In this document: positions 12,006 through 23,010 of the stretch, piece by piece | Position numbering within the stretch: position 1 is the first letter of the stretch | Layout of the letters: every line of letters starts with the position of its first letter | Source of the DNA: Chiloscyllium plagiosum | Taxonomy: Eukaryota | Length of the DNA stretch: 45,944 bases | NCBI RefSeq assembly: GCF_004010195.1 | Contig: NC_057752.1 | Location: forward strand, 160,956 to 206,899 | Direction: 5' to 3' | Notes under the pieces: model-generated | What the model was told of the DNA's origin: nothing | The model's input: the letters and a program-made list of their open reading frames with translations, nothing else | Databases searched by the model: none | Program-made: the position numbers and the translations under genes

Positions 12006-12205
12006 AGATCTTGACATTCATCCATGTCATCTTAGTGTTGCTAAACCATCAGAGCGCGGCATGATAAATGCCAACTATGGAAAAGTTCATGGGCCAAACT
12101 ACTGTGGATAACGGGACTTGAGTAGAAATGTATATCACTACAGACAAACGCTTACAGCACGAAGATTGGTATCACCAAAGTATCTTTACCCTCTGACTCT
12201 TTCAG

Positions 12206-12358
12206 GCGTGCCTTAAGAAAATTAAAGAAGGCCTGTCATATTACCGCAATCAGTTCAGCCAACTTGGAAACGTGGAAGAGTCAATGCACAACAGCGACAT
12301 GCGGAAATTTGCGTATAATCTTTCTAAAATCATCTTGGATCTCCTCAAGTCAATCAAG
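12206..12358 (+). CDS. IL23A: IL-23 p19-like coding exon 3 (helices B and C)
   Basis: Acceptor ctctgactctttcAG, donor GTAATG, 153 nt, phase 0/0. ACLKKIKEGLSYYRNQFSQLGNVEESMHNSDMRKFAYNLSKIILDLLKSIK; compare human FCLQRIHQGLIFY. Confidence 0.9.
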
Positions 12359-13602
12359 GTAATGTTATTTTCTATCATTTAGGAGGTTGGAAGGCAATGT
12401 TGCTGCTGCTGCATATGTGCGCGGCCACTAAGCTGCCTGCAGGGTACTACGCTGGCCTTGTGCTGTGATGTATGTGTGCGTAGCCACGCACAAAGTTTAA
12501 ATGGACCATGCACTAAAAATAAAACTATCACCCACAACATATTTTAAAGGAAATATTGCCGGTGCGTTTTCTGAAGAGGGGAGTGATGACGGCAGGCTTG
12601 AAAGGAATGGAGAACAGTCGTTCGAAGAGTAACTGTTGGACGTTTGTATGTTAGACATCTTGCGTAATTAGAGGTTAATAATCAAAATCCTTTGTATCTT
12701 GGAGCAACGAACGTTCTAATACATATAAACAGAATGACTTTCAAATGTGGTGAAAAGAAACCGTAGCTCACCTTCTGCTTTTAGCATCTCAATGTTCCGT
12801 TAGAAAAATGCTTGTGCAAGAAAGTGTGAGAGTAATGAAATCAGCCATGAGAGACGGACGTCAAACTTTAGCGGCTGATGTATTAAACATATTAGAGATC
12901 CATTGACAATGGTTTATAAAATCTATTCTTCATTCGGCAAGATTAAGAAAAGGTTGGGCAGGATGTCTTGTTTGACGGAAGTAGCTTTGAAGTAGACAAC
13001 TACGACATGAATAGGTTGTTCAGAAAGCATTTGGGAAAACACGGCATGAGCTCTTTTCAGTGATTTGTACTTTTAATATCGGAAAAATGTGATGCACAGA
13101 GAAGCTTGGTATTTATAAGACCTTTGAAGAGCTGAATGATACAGAAACTGAAAGCCACACTCTGTGTCTAGTTAAGCCTTTCACTTAAACTTGATATTAA
13201 TAAATTCTATTCCATATACTTCTTAATCAAGTGTCTCATATTCAAAATATGTGCTATGAACCAGAAGAGGAAGGAGGTTGAATACTAACAAGAACCATTT
13301 GTAATGTCAGTTATTTTTTATTAATTTTTGTACTGTGACCTCCACACGCTGGCCAAATAGAGAACCCTTTCAACAAACAGAGAGGAGATACTTCATCACT
13401 TCACCCTGAATTGATCTAAACCCACATCCCCGAGGTGAAAGTGGAGCATCTAGCCCAACTGCACCATCCAGTTTCCAAATGGCTAAATCATCCATGATAT
13501 TTACTGTGTGATGTAATTCAAATTGTGCAAAATATCACATTAGCTGTGCTACTGGGGTAATTTTTGCTGTCTTGTTAATGTTCAGTACTTGTTATTTTTT
13601 AG

Positions 13603-13818
13603 AACTCGGACAGCAGCGCAGATGACAGGACCATAGACAGAGTTGCTGCGGATAATAGGCCTGTCAAGATACACAAGATCAGAGATTGGGAGCTGAACTG
13701 TACATTGTTTAGAACACTTGAGAGATTTCAGTCCTTCTCATCTCTGGTGGCTCGTGTCTTTGGACATCCTTCAGGAAACCCTTCGGAACATCAGAACACT
13801 GGGGATTGTGGGGTATAG
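13603..13818 (+). CDS. IL23A: IL-23 p19-like coding exon 4 (helix D, stop codon)
   Basis: Acceptor ttatttttttAG. NSDSSADDRTIDRVAADNRPVKIHKIRDWELNCTLFRTLERFQSFSSLVARVFGHPSGNPSEHQNTGDCGV*; compare human [28 protein letters not shown]. Confidence 0.9.
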   Translation, partial: NSDSSADDRTIDRVAADNRPVKIHKIRDWELNCTLFRTLERFQSFSSLVARVFGHPSGNPSEHQNTGDCGV

Positions 13819-14274
13819 TTCAGAGAGTTGATGGACATTCCAGAAAATTGTTATTATCTTCAGAAGATAATTCCAGAGATTAATGTTTTTGAGAGGTGGA
13901 AGTTTTATGAAAAAGTGGTTTGAGGCTTGGCTGGATAAAATGAAGTGGTGTTACACCAATGCTAGTGACTATCACAATAGCTAAAGGATTTTAGATTTCT
14001 AAATCAAAAGGGATTTCTACGGGTTGTTCTGGAATAGTTCAGCTTCATCACCTTGTCAAAAAAATGTTTTTGTCCTCACTGTTTTCTAACTTATTAGTTT
14101 GATTTTGGAAGGTAATTAATTAAAAGGTTTTTAAAAATCTGCAAGAAATTTTGCTTTGACCTCTGGAAATATGACACTTTCCATATATTAATCTCACAGC
14201 TGCAAAGCATGTGCATTTTTTACTTTCTTCATTAAGTTCCTTTAACATTTGAAACTTTGTAGTGAACAAACTGT

Positions 14275-14280
14275 AATAAA
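14275..14280 (+). terminator. Candidate polyadenylation signal of the IL23A-like gene
   Basis: First AATAAA I found after the stop codon, about 460 nt downstream. Confidence 0.5.
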
Positions 14281-17200
14281 GCTCACCTTACACATCATCT
14301 GTCAAGTATCTGATAAAGAACTGGAAGGGTCATCATACCAAATGAAGTTGTCTGAGTCTAATAATGGGTTCAGTTGAGTAGAAAAGGTGCAGAATGGTAC
14401 ATAGGATTAACAACTTGTCCTTTTACTTCCAGAAACTGGGTTTGAGTCCAGCATAGATAGCTGGGATGAGAGATTCCTCTGACTGTCCATTTTAAGATAA
14501 TGTTTAAATACAAAAGAATGTCTAGGCTCCAAAACAAATTTTGGACTGTTTGCCTCACTGTCAGTTGCAACCAGGTAGATGCTTTAAGGCTGGAGGGCAG
14601 ACAACAGTAAGGGGACCAATCAGAGCTAGCAATGGCCCTCAGGAGCGCCATGCAGTTGATTGGAGAGGTTATTGAAGTGTGATAGCATTTATTTTATGGC
14701 AACTGCATTCATGCTTGGAAGTTCTAAATACATTAGGCCTGGCATCTGGATCGACCTAGGCCAAACCAATTCCCGTGAGGGCTACTACAACAGATATTAG
14801 GCCCCAAATTAAGGTATGGGGATAAATGCTCCACACACGAAGGAGAATTGGCAGATAGTGGAGGCTTTGGAATTGGGTGCCATTTCCATGTACTTTGTTC
14901 CCTGCAACTACCTTGTCCACCCACACTACAATTTTACTAGCAGTGGTATGCCCACACATGGGTCAACTGAGGTCTTTAAGTAGCCAACTCAACACGTATA
15001 ATCATGTGTAATTTTATGATTAAATCAAAATTACTGCATCATGGCCTGAAGGAAAATTATTTCTCTAATTAGATGAGTCAGAGTAGGACAATAGACTCTT
15101 GCTTCCTCTTGTGGGTAGATCAGAGCTTCACCTGCACTGTCCCTGGAAAGAGGATTTACTAACATTGGGGTTTTCAGTCTGTGGTTTACACAGAGTTCCT
15201 GTGCACAATGATCACAAACCAGAATTCTACATAAAAATGATTCATAATTAAAAAATAAAGTCTTACACCGTTCATGACCTCAGAACTTCCCAAATGCTTT
15301 ACAGTTCTTCTTTTGGAAGAGTAGTCACTGTTGTAATGTAAAGAAATATGACATATATTTGCACACATTAAGTTCCATACACAGCAATGTGATAAATGAC
15401 CAAGCAAATAATTACTCAACATCCAACTTAATTCTACTCTTACATAACTGGAAACTGAGAGGACCTGGTCTTTTCAAACTTGCCAGTTGAAACAATTTGT
15501 CTGTGCAAGCACAGTCATTTTATAGATCTTGGTCAAATCATCTTAAATCTACATTTTCTTAAATAGTAGAAATACAGCTCTTTGAGCTAATGTGCAGACT
15601 AATCTCAGTGTCCAAGGCTCACATTCTGAGAAAATATGTGGGAGAAAAGAGAAAGAAAATCAAAGGTAGAGTAAAAGACATAATATAAGAACAGAAACAT
15701 GCTGTATTGGAATTATTATAAAATACAAAAAAAACTCAACAATAAACATAGATGGCTTGGTAACCTCGGTCCAGGAAGAGGTTGCTCAGCTCCTGAGCAA
15801 TTTAGGACTCATGAAAGAAGAAATGGGACTACATTAGGTTAAGATATCTGGTTGGCATGGACAAGTTGGACAGAAGTGTCTGTTTCCATGCTGTACGTCT
15901 CTATGACTCTAAAGGTTAAGCAGCCTGGTTACAAAGGGAATCAACTTATCTCCTAAGCAAGGGGTTGATAAAGGGGGATTCAAAGTAAACTTATCAAAAT
16001 TTCCTTGCTGGAGATGTTTAAAAATGTTATTTACATTTAATTCGTCAAAAAATGCACGAGATATTTAAACATTCAACAAAAAAGTATATTTTATCAAGAA
16101 TTGCTTTTTACATATTGCAATGACATTTGTAACCATACGAGGGTGCACAAAACTTGACAAGATCAAGTTGTCAGGATTGGGCATCATGTAGTATGCCTCT
16201 GAGGGTGAGATCAATTTGTTATCACCTTCTAATTCAATTCATGTCGATTCTGTTTGAGCTTCTGTCAGTGGCATTCATTTTTTCTATTGCCGTGAGTTTA
16301 CCTCTGATTCGTACAGCTACTAATCCCTCTTCTTCATCATTTCTGATTATTTCATATTTTATTTTAATATTTTATTGTCAGCCCTACTTTTCATGTAGAC
16401 ACGTTTCATGTTTTTGGTTTCTTGGTGCAAATTATTGCCTCCAGTTCCCCAAATTTTATTTCCAATGCTGTCTAAATTGCTGGAAAGACAGCATATTTTG
16501 CTACTTTGACTTAATTTTTAGCATTCCTTAGGCAGCTCAGTTTTATAAATGTTTTTGTTCCCTGACCATTTATGTTCACATTGTTTCTGATCTTATTCTG
16601 ACCATTACTTTCATCTCCTGTTTCCTGTAACTTCACACTTCTGTTATTTTCACAAGATCCTGCCATTCCACCCATCCCAATTCCAATGATTTAAAGCCAA
16701 TGAAGTACTTATGAAGTCTAGTTACGGTTGAGGAAACATAGCAGCAATTTGCGCACAACAAGCTCCCAAAAACAACATGAGGGTTGACCATTTAGTATGA
16801 GCAATCCTCATTGCAGATCAGCATGTTGTATGAGGCCATCTGCACTATTGCTCATTGGTTCACTTTCCTGCCACCATCTTCTTTCTGGGCATAGATTTAC
16901 AGGCAAGGTAGAAGAAAGGTATTTCCTGGTCTAATGAGAAGATGCTCTTGTCTTAAACATGATGTAGTTTGTTGCATGATAGCAACTAATTACACATTAC
17001 ACTGCGATGACAGACATTGTTGCAGAAACTATGAGGAGAAGCTAAACGGTAAGTCTTAATCATTCAAGATCATAAGCTGTGACCTCATCAAGTCCACATA
17101 ACATCATAATTGTGGGTGGTATTTAAGGCACTCCTTCATATTAACCCTTTAGGTTGTTACACCCTTTTACAACATTTGTAGCATCGGTTGAGAAATAAAT

Positions 17201-17999
17201 ATTGCCCTGAAGAGTGGGAAGAACTCTACCCCAATTTTTCTTCAAAATAAATAGTACCATCTGGTCCATTGCATCCACCTGCAAGGCCACATGGTACCAT
17301 TTATCTAATTCACACGACTGCACCTCTAACAGTGCAGCATATACTCAAAACTTCAGTAAAGACCACATCTTTTTATATTTTTCCTGTATTTCTAATTGAG
17401 GACTAAAGTGAGAAAAGAACTGTTTTTGAACGGTTTGATTCTTTTTTGAAAGCAAGTAACCAGGCACTCAATGCAAGCATCATTTATACAGCTGCATATT
17501 TGAGCAGTGGTTGAAGTGTGGTTGCAGACAAACTGGAGCTGAAGTGTGTACAGATAGAGCTGTGGTTAATACAAGTAGCTGATTGGTTTGTGGACTTGTT
17601 ACCAGTTTTCAATGACAATGGCCTTCCATTTTCCAACAACTATTTGATTAGTTCTCAGGTAGCTGATCAGCTTGGGGCTGTGAACAAGAAAAAGAAAAGC
17701 TTTTTAGATCTCCAACAGCTCAGAAACCCTCTCTGTTTTCTACAATAAATGCCACTTTAAGCCTGAAGAAGATCAGTTTATCCTTCCATCAACAGTTACT
17801 GTATGTTGTGACTTTTAATTGATAAATTAGAAACATTTTATGAGAACCAACCATCCCATGACTCTTAGAAAGTAATGGAAGCAACCAGAGAAGGACGATG
17901 GTGAAGCAGTGTTCTGACCAGCACAAGAATCATAAGAATAATCTCAGTAATCCTTGTGAACAGGAGCCACTGAACTGCTTTCCCAGTTTTTCTATCCAT

Positions 18000-18476
18000 G
18001 AATAACTTCCTCAGAAGGCTAAGGAAATTTCGCATAAAGAAAGGCTGGATAGGTTGGAACTTTTTTCATTGGAGAATAGGAGGTTAAGAGGTAACCTTAT
18101 AGAAGTTCATAAAATCATGAGGGGTATAGATAGGGTTAATGGTATGTTTCTTTCCCCTCGGATGGGGATTTCAAGACAAGTCTGAACATTTTTAAGGTGA
18201 GAGGAGAGAGATTTTAAAAAGACACAAGTGGCAAATTTTTTACACAGAGGGTGGTTCACGTGTGGAATGAACCTCCTGAGGAGGTAGTGGGTGTGGGTGC
18301 AATTACAATGATTAAAAGACATTCGGATAAGTGCATGAATAGGAAAGGTTTGGAGGGATATGGGCCAGGAAATAGGCAGGTGGGATTAGTTTAGTTTGGG
18401 ATTATGTTCAGCATGGGTTGGTTGGATCAAAGGGTCTGTTTCCATGCTGTATGACTGTGACTCAATGACTCTATGT
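18000..18476 (+). mobile_element. CR1 3' fragment
   Basis: aggaggttaagaggtaaccttatagaagt...gggtctgtttccatgctgtatgact tail; tail-to-tail with the next CR1. Confidence 0.9.
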
Positions 18477-18911
18477 CCATAAAACATAGAACATTACAGC
18501 ACAGTACAGGCCCTTCAGCCCTCGATGTTGCACTGACCTGTGAAACCAACCTGAAGCCCATCTAACCTATATTATTCCATTTTCATCCAGATGTCTATCC
18601 AATGACCATTTAAATGCCCTTCAAGTTGGTGATTCTGGATTAGTGGTGCTGGAAGAGCACAGCAGTTCAGGCAGCATCCAAGGAGCAGTAAAATCGACGT
18701 TTCGGGTAAAAGCCCTTCATCAGGAATACAGGCAGAGAGCTTGAAGCGTGGAGAGATAAGCTAGAGGAGGGTGGGGTTGGGGAGAAAGTAGCACAGAGTA
18801 CAATAGGTGAGTGGGGGAGGGGATGAAGGTGATAGGTCAGGGAGGAGGGTGGAGTGGATAGGTGGAAAAGAAGATAGGCAGGTAGGACAAGTCATGGGGA
18901 CAGTGCTGAGC

Positions 18912-19830
18912 NNNNNNNNNNNNNNNNNNNNNNNNNNNNNNNNNNNNNNNNNNNNNNNNNNNNNNNNNNNNNNNNNNNNNNNNNNNNNNNNNNNNNNNNN
19001 NNNNNNNNNNNNNNNNNNNNNNNNNNNNNNNNNNNNNNNNNNNNNNNNNNNNNNNNNNNNNNNNNNNNNNNNNNNNNNNNNNNNNNNNNNNNNNNNNNNN
19101 NNNNNNNNNNNNNNNNNNNNNNNNNNNNNNNNNNNNNNNNNNNNNNNNNNNNNNNNNNNNNNNNNNNNNNNNNNNNNNNNNNNNNNNNNNNNNNNNNNNN
19201 NNNNNNNNNNNNNNNNNNNNNNNNNNNNNNNNNNNNNNNNNNNNNNNNNNNNNNNNNNNNNNNNNNNNNNNNNNNNNNNNNNNNNNNNNNNNNNNNNNNN
19301 NNNNNNNNNNNNNNNNNNNNNNNNNNNNNNNNNNNNNNNNNNNNNNNNNNNNNNNNNNNNNNNNNNNNNNNNNNNNNNNNNNNNNNNNNNNNNNNNNNNN
19401 NNNNNNNNNNNNNNNNNNNNNNNNNNNNNNNNNNNNNNNNNNNNNNNNNNNNNNNNNNNNNNNNNNNNNNNNNNNNNNNNNNNNNNNNNNNNNNNNNNNN
19501 NNNNNNNNNNNNNNNNNNNNNNNNNNNNNNNNNNNNNNNNNNNNNNNNNNNNNNNNNNNNNNNNNNNNNNNNNNNNNNNNNNNNNNNNNNNNNNNNNNNN
19601 NNNNNNNNNNNNNNNNNNNNNNNNNNNNNNNNNNNNNNNNNNNNNNNNNNNNNNNNNNNNNNNNNNNNNNNNNNNNNNNNNNNNNNNNNNNNNNNNNNNN
19701 NNNNNNNNNNNNNNNNNNNNNNNNNNNNNNNNNNNNNNNNNNNNNNNNNNNNNNNNNNNNNNNNNNNNNNNNNNNNNNNNNNNNNNNNNNNNNNNNNNNN
19801 NNNNNNNNNNNNNNNNNNNNNNNNNNNNNN
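18912..19830. other. Assembly gap (919 N)
   Basis: Run of N. Confidence 1.
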
Positions 19831-20464
19831 TGTAATTACGGAAGATCGACTGTTCTACGTAGCCAACAAAGAGACAGGCATAGCTGGGGCCCATACGTGT
19901 GCCCATGGCTACCCCTTTGGTCTGGAGGAAGTGGGAGGATTCGAAGGAGAAATTGTTAAGGGTGAGGACCAGTTCGGCCAAACGAACGAGAATGTCGGTG
20001 GAAGGGTACTGTTGGGGACGTCGGGAGAGGAAAAAACGGAGGGCTTGGAGGCCCTGGCCATGGCAGATGGAGGTGTAAAGGGATTGGATATCCATGGTGA
20101 AGATGAGACGTTGGGGGCCAGGGAAACGGAAGTCTTGGAGGAGGTGGAGGGCGTGGGTGGTGTCTCGAACGTATGTGGGGGAGTTCCTGGACTAGGGGGG
20201 ATAGTACTGTGTCGAGGTAGGTAGAAATGAGTTCAGTGGGGCAGGAGCATGCTGAGACAATGGGTCGGCCAGGGTGGTCAGGCTTGTGGATCTTGGGAAG
20301 GAGGTAGAACCGGGCAGTGCAGGGTTCCCGGACTAGAAGCTGTGGGTGGGAGATCTCCTGAGGTGATGAGGTTCTGTATGGTCTGGGTGATGATGGTTTG
20401 GTGATGGGGGGTGGGGTCATGATCGAGGGGGCGGTAGGAAGAGGTGTCCTCGAGTTGGCGTTTG

Positions 20465-20772
20465 ATTAGATTAGATTACATTACAGTGTGGAAACAGGCC
20501 CTTCGGCCCAACATGTCCACACCGACCCGACGAAGTGCAACCCACCCATACCCCTACATTTACCCCTTACCTAACACGACGGGCAATTTAGCATGGCCAA
20601 TTCACCTGACCTGCACATCTTTGGACTGTGGGAGGAAACCGGAGCACCCGAAGGAAACCCACACAGACACGGGGAGAATGTGCAAACACCACACAGTCAG
20701 TCGCTTGAGGCGGGAATTGAACCCGGGTCTCAGGCGCTATGAGGCAGCAGTGCTAACCACTATGCCACCGTG
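20465..20772 (-). mobile_element. HE1-type V-SINE, near full length
   Basis: tRNA-like head (ggtggcatagtggttagcactgctgcctca...gggttcaattccc), V-SINE core, and CR1-like tail ending taatctaatctaatc. Confidence 0.92.
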
Positions 20773-22496
20773 GCTTCAGCGGTGTCATTGTTTTTACCTT
20801 AAAGTTGGTGAGTCTACTACTGTTGCAGGCAGGCCGTTCCATGCCCCTACTACAATCTGAGTAAAGAAACTACCTCTGACATCTGTTCTATAACTATCAT
20901 TGCCCAATTTAAAGCTATGTCCCCTCATGCTCGCCATCACTATCTGAGGAAAAGGCTGTCACGGTCCACCCTACCTAACCCTCTGATTATCTTATATGTC
21001 TCAATTAAGTGATCGCTAAACCTTCTGCTCTCTAATGAAAACAGCCTCAAGTCCCTCAGCCTTTCCTCGTAAGACCTTCCCTCCATACCAGGCAACATCC
21101 TGGTAAACCTCCTCTGAACCTTTTCCAAAGCTTCCACATCCTTCCTATAATGTGATGACCAGAACTGTACGCAATACTCCAAGTGTGGCCGCACCAGAGT
21201 TTTGTACAGCTGCAGCATGACCTCATGGTTCTGAAACTCAATCCCTCTACTAATAACAGCTAACACACCATATGCCTTCTTAACAACCCTGTCAACCTGG
21301 GTGGCAACTTTCAGGGATCTATGCACATGGACACTGAGATCTCTCTGCTCATCTACACTACCAAGAACCTTATTCTTTATTCCTGTTACTCCTTCCAAAG
21401 TGAATCACCTCACACTTCTCCACATTAAATTCCATTTGCCACCTCTCAGTCCAGCTCTGCAGCTTATCTACATCCTTCTGTAACCCCCAACATCCTTCGG
21501 CACTATCCACATCTCTACCAACCTTAGTGTCATCTGCAAATTTACTAACCCATCCTTCTACTCCCTCACCCAGGTAATTTATAAAACTGACAACAGCAGT
21601 GGACCTAAACACATCCTTGCAGTACATCACTAGTAACTGAACTCCAGGATGAACATTTCCCATCAACCACCACCCTCTGTCTTCTTTCAGCTAGCCAATT
21701 CTAATCCAAACCGTTAAATCGCCCTCAATCCCATGCCTCTGTATTATGTGCAATAGCCTACCGTGGGGAACCTTATCAAATGCCTTACTGAAATTCATAT
21801 ACACCACATTAACCGCTTTACCCTCATCCAGCTGTTTGGTCACCTTCTCAAAGAGCTCAATAAGGTTTGTGAGGCACGACCTACCCTTCACAAAATGATG
21901 TTGACTATCCCCAATCAATTTATTCCTTTCTAGATGATTATAAATCCTATCTCTTATAACCTTTTCCAACACTTTACCCACAACTGAAGTAAAGCTCACT
22001 GGTCAATAATTACCAGGGTTGTCTCTACTCCCCTTCTTGAACAAAGGAACAACATTTGCTATCCTCCAGTCTTCTGGCACTATTCCTGTAGACAATAATG
22101 ACAAAGATCAAAGCCAAAGGCTCTGTAATCTCCTCCTTGGCTTCCCAGAGAATCCTTGGATAAATCCCATCTGGCTCAGGGGACTTATCTATTTTCACAC
22201 TTTCCAGAATTGTGAACATCTCCTCCTTGTGAACCTCAATCACATCTACTCTAGTAGTCTGTATCTCAGTATTCTCCTCGACAACATTGTCTTTTTCCAG
22301 TATGAATACTGACGAAAAATATTAATTTAGTGCTTCCCCTATCTCCTCGGACTCCACGCAAAACTTCCCACTCCGATCCTTGATTGGCCCTAATCTTATT
22401 CTCGTCATTCTTTTATTCCTGATATACCTATAGAAAGCCTTAGGGTTTTCCTTGATCCTGTCTGCCAACGACCTCTCAAGTCCCCTCCTGGCTCCA

Positions 22497-23010
22497 TAAA
22501 GACTCTAACAAATATTTGTAGTTGCACCATAGAAAGCATCCTATTTGGGTGCATCACAGCGCGGTATGGCAACTACTCTTCCCAAGAACCAATGAACTAC
22601 AGAGAGTTGTGAACACATTCCAGTCCATCACACAACCCAGTCTTCCATCTATCAACTTTATCTATCCTTCCCGCTGCATTGGGAAAACAACCAACATAAC
22701 AACAAAAGACCGCTCCCACCCCGGTTTAACTCTCTTCCACCCTCTTTCATCGGACAGAAGGTATAAAAGTTTGTCAACACATATGAACAGATTCAAGAAC
22801 AGCTTCTTCCCTGCTGTTATCAAACTTTTGAATGGACCTCTTTAATGTTCATGTTGATCTCTCTTGACACCTTCTCAGCAGCTGTAACACTGTATCCTAC
22901 ACTCTGTTCTGTTATCCTGATGCATTTGTATCGTATGATCTGCCTGTAATGCATGTAAGACATGACGTTTCACTGTACCTTGGTCTATGTGACAGTAATA
23001 AATCAAAACA
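22497..23010 (+). mobile_element. Rex1/Babar-type LINE 3' fragment
   Basis: CTIESILFGCITARYGN-like frame, then NRFKNSFFPAVIKLLN and tail tttcactgta...gtgacagtaataaatc. Confidence 0.8.

Larger units (their letters stand above)
18633..20796 (-). mobile_element. Penelope-like element with RT (spans the assembly gap)
   Basis: [31 protein letters not shown] and QTKGVAMGTRMGPSYA are PLE RT motifs. Hammerhead motif at 18693-18726 (-). TSD ccttcaagttggtga 18618-18632 / ccttaaagttggtga 20797-20811. Confidence 0.92.
18478..22495 (-). mobile_element. CR1 LINE (RT region plus 3' end) interrupted by a Penelope-like element
   Basis: Minus-strand ORFs between 20940 and 22243 with KSPEPDGIYP, FSKAFDKVPH, FADD and LVRPHLEYCVQFW. 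The 3' end lies at 18478-18632 and the element resumes at 20797. Confidence 0.92.

Noticed and set aside
7831..13818. Alternative identity as IL-6, CSF3 or IL-12 p35
   Set aside because: Four exons with the whole signal peptide in exon 1, plus the CDP and W...ARVF motifs, fit p19 better. Not formally excluded without a phylogeny.
16934..17054. Cys-rich frame MRRCSCLKHDVVCC...NYEEKLN ending at a GTAAGT donor-like site
   Set aside because: No signal peptide, no recognisable family and no partner exon found; probably chance.
18761..20095. 444-aa and 342-aa ORFs in the track
   Set aside because: Their length is an artefact of reading through the N gap; only the PLE RT part is real.
20700..20772. 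tRNA-like sequence with A and B boxes
   Set aside because: It is the head of an HE1 SINE, not a tRNA gene.
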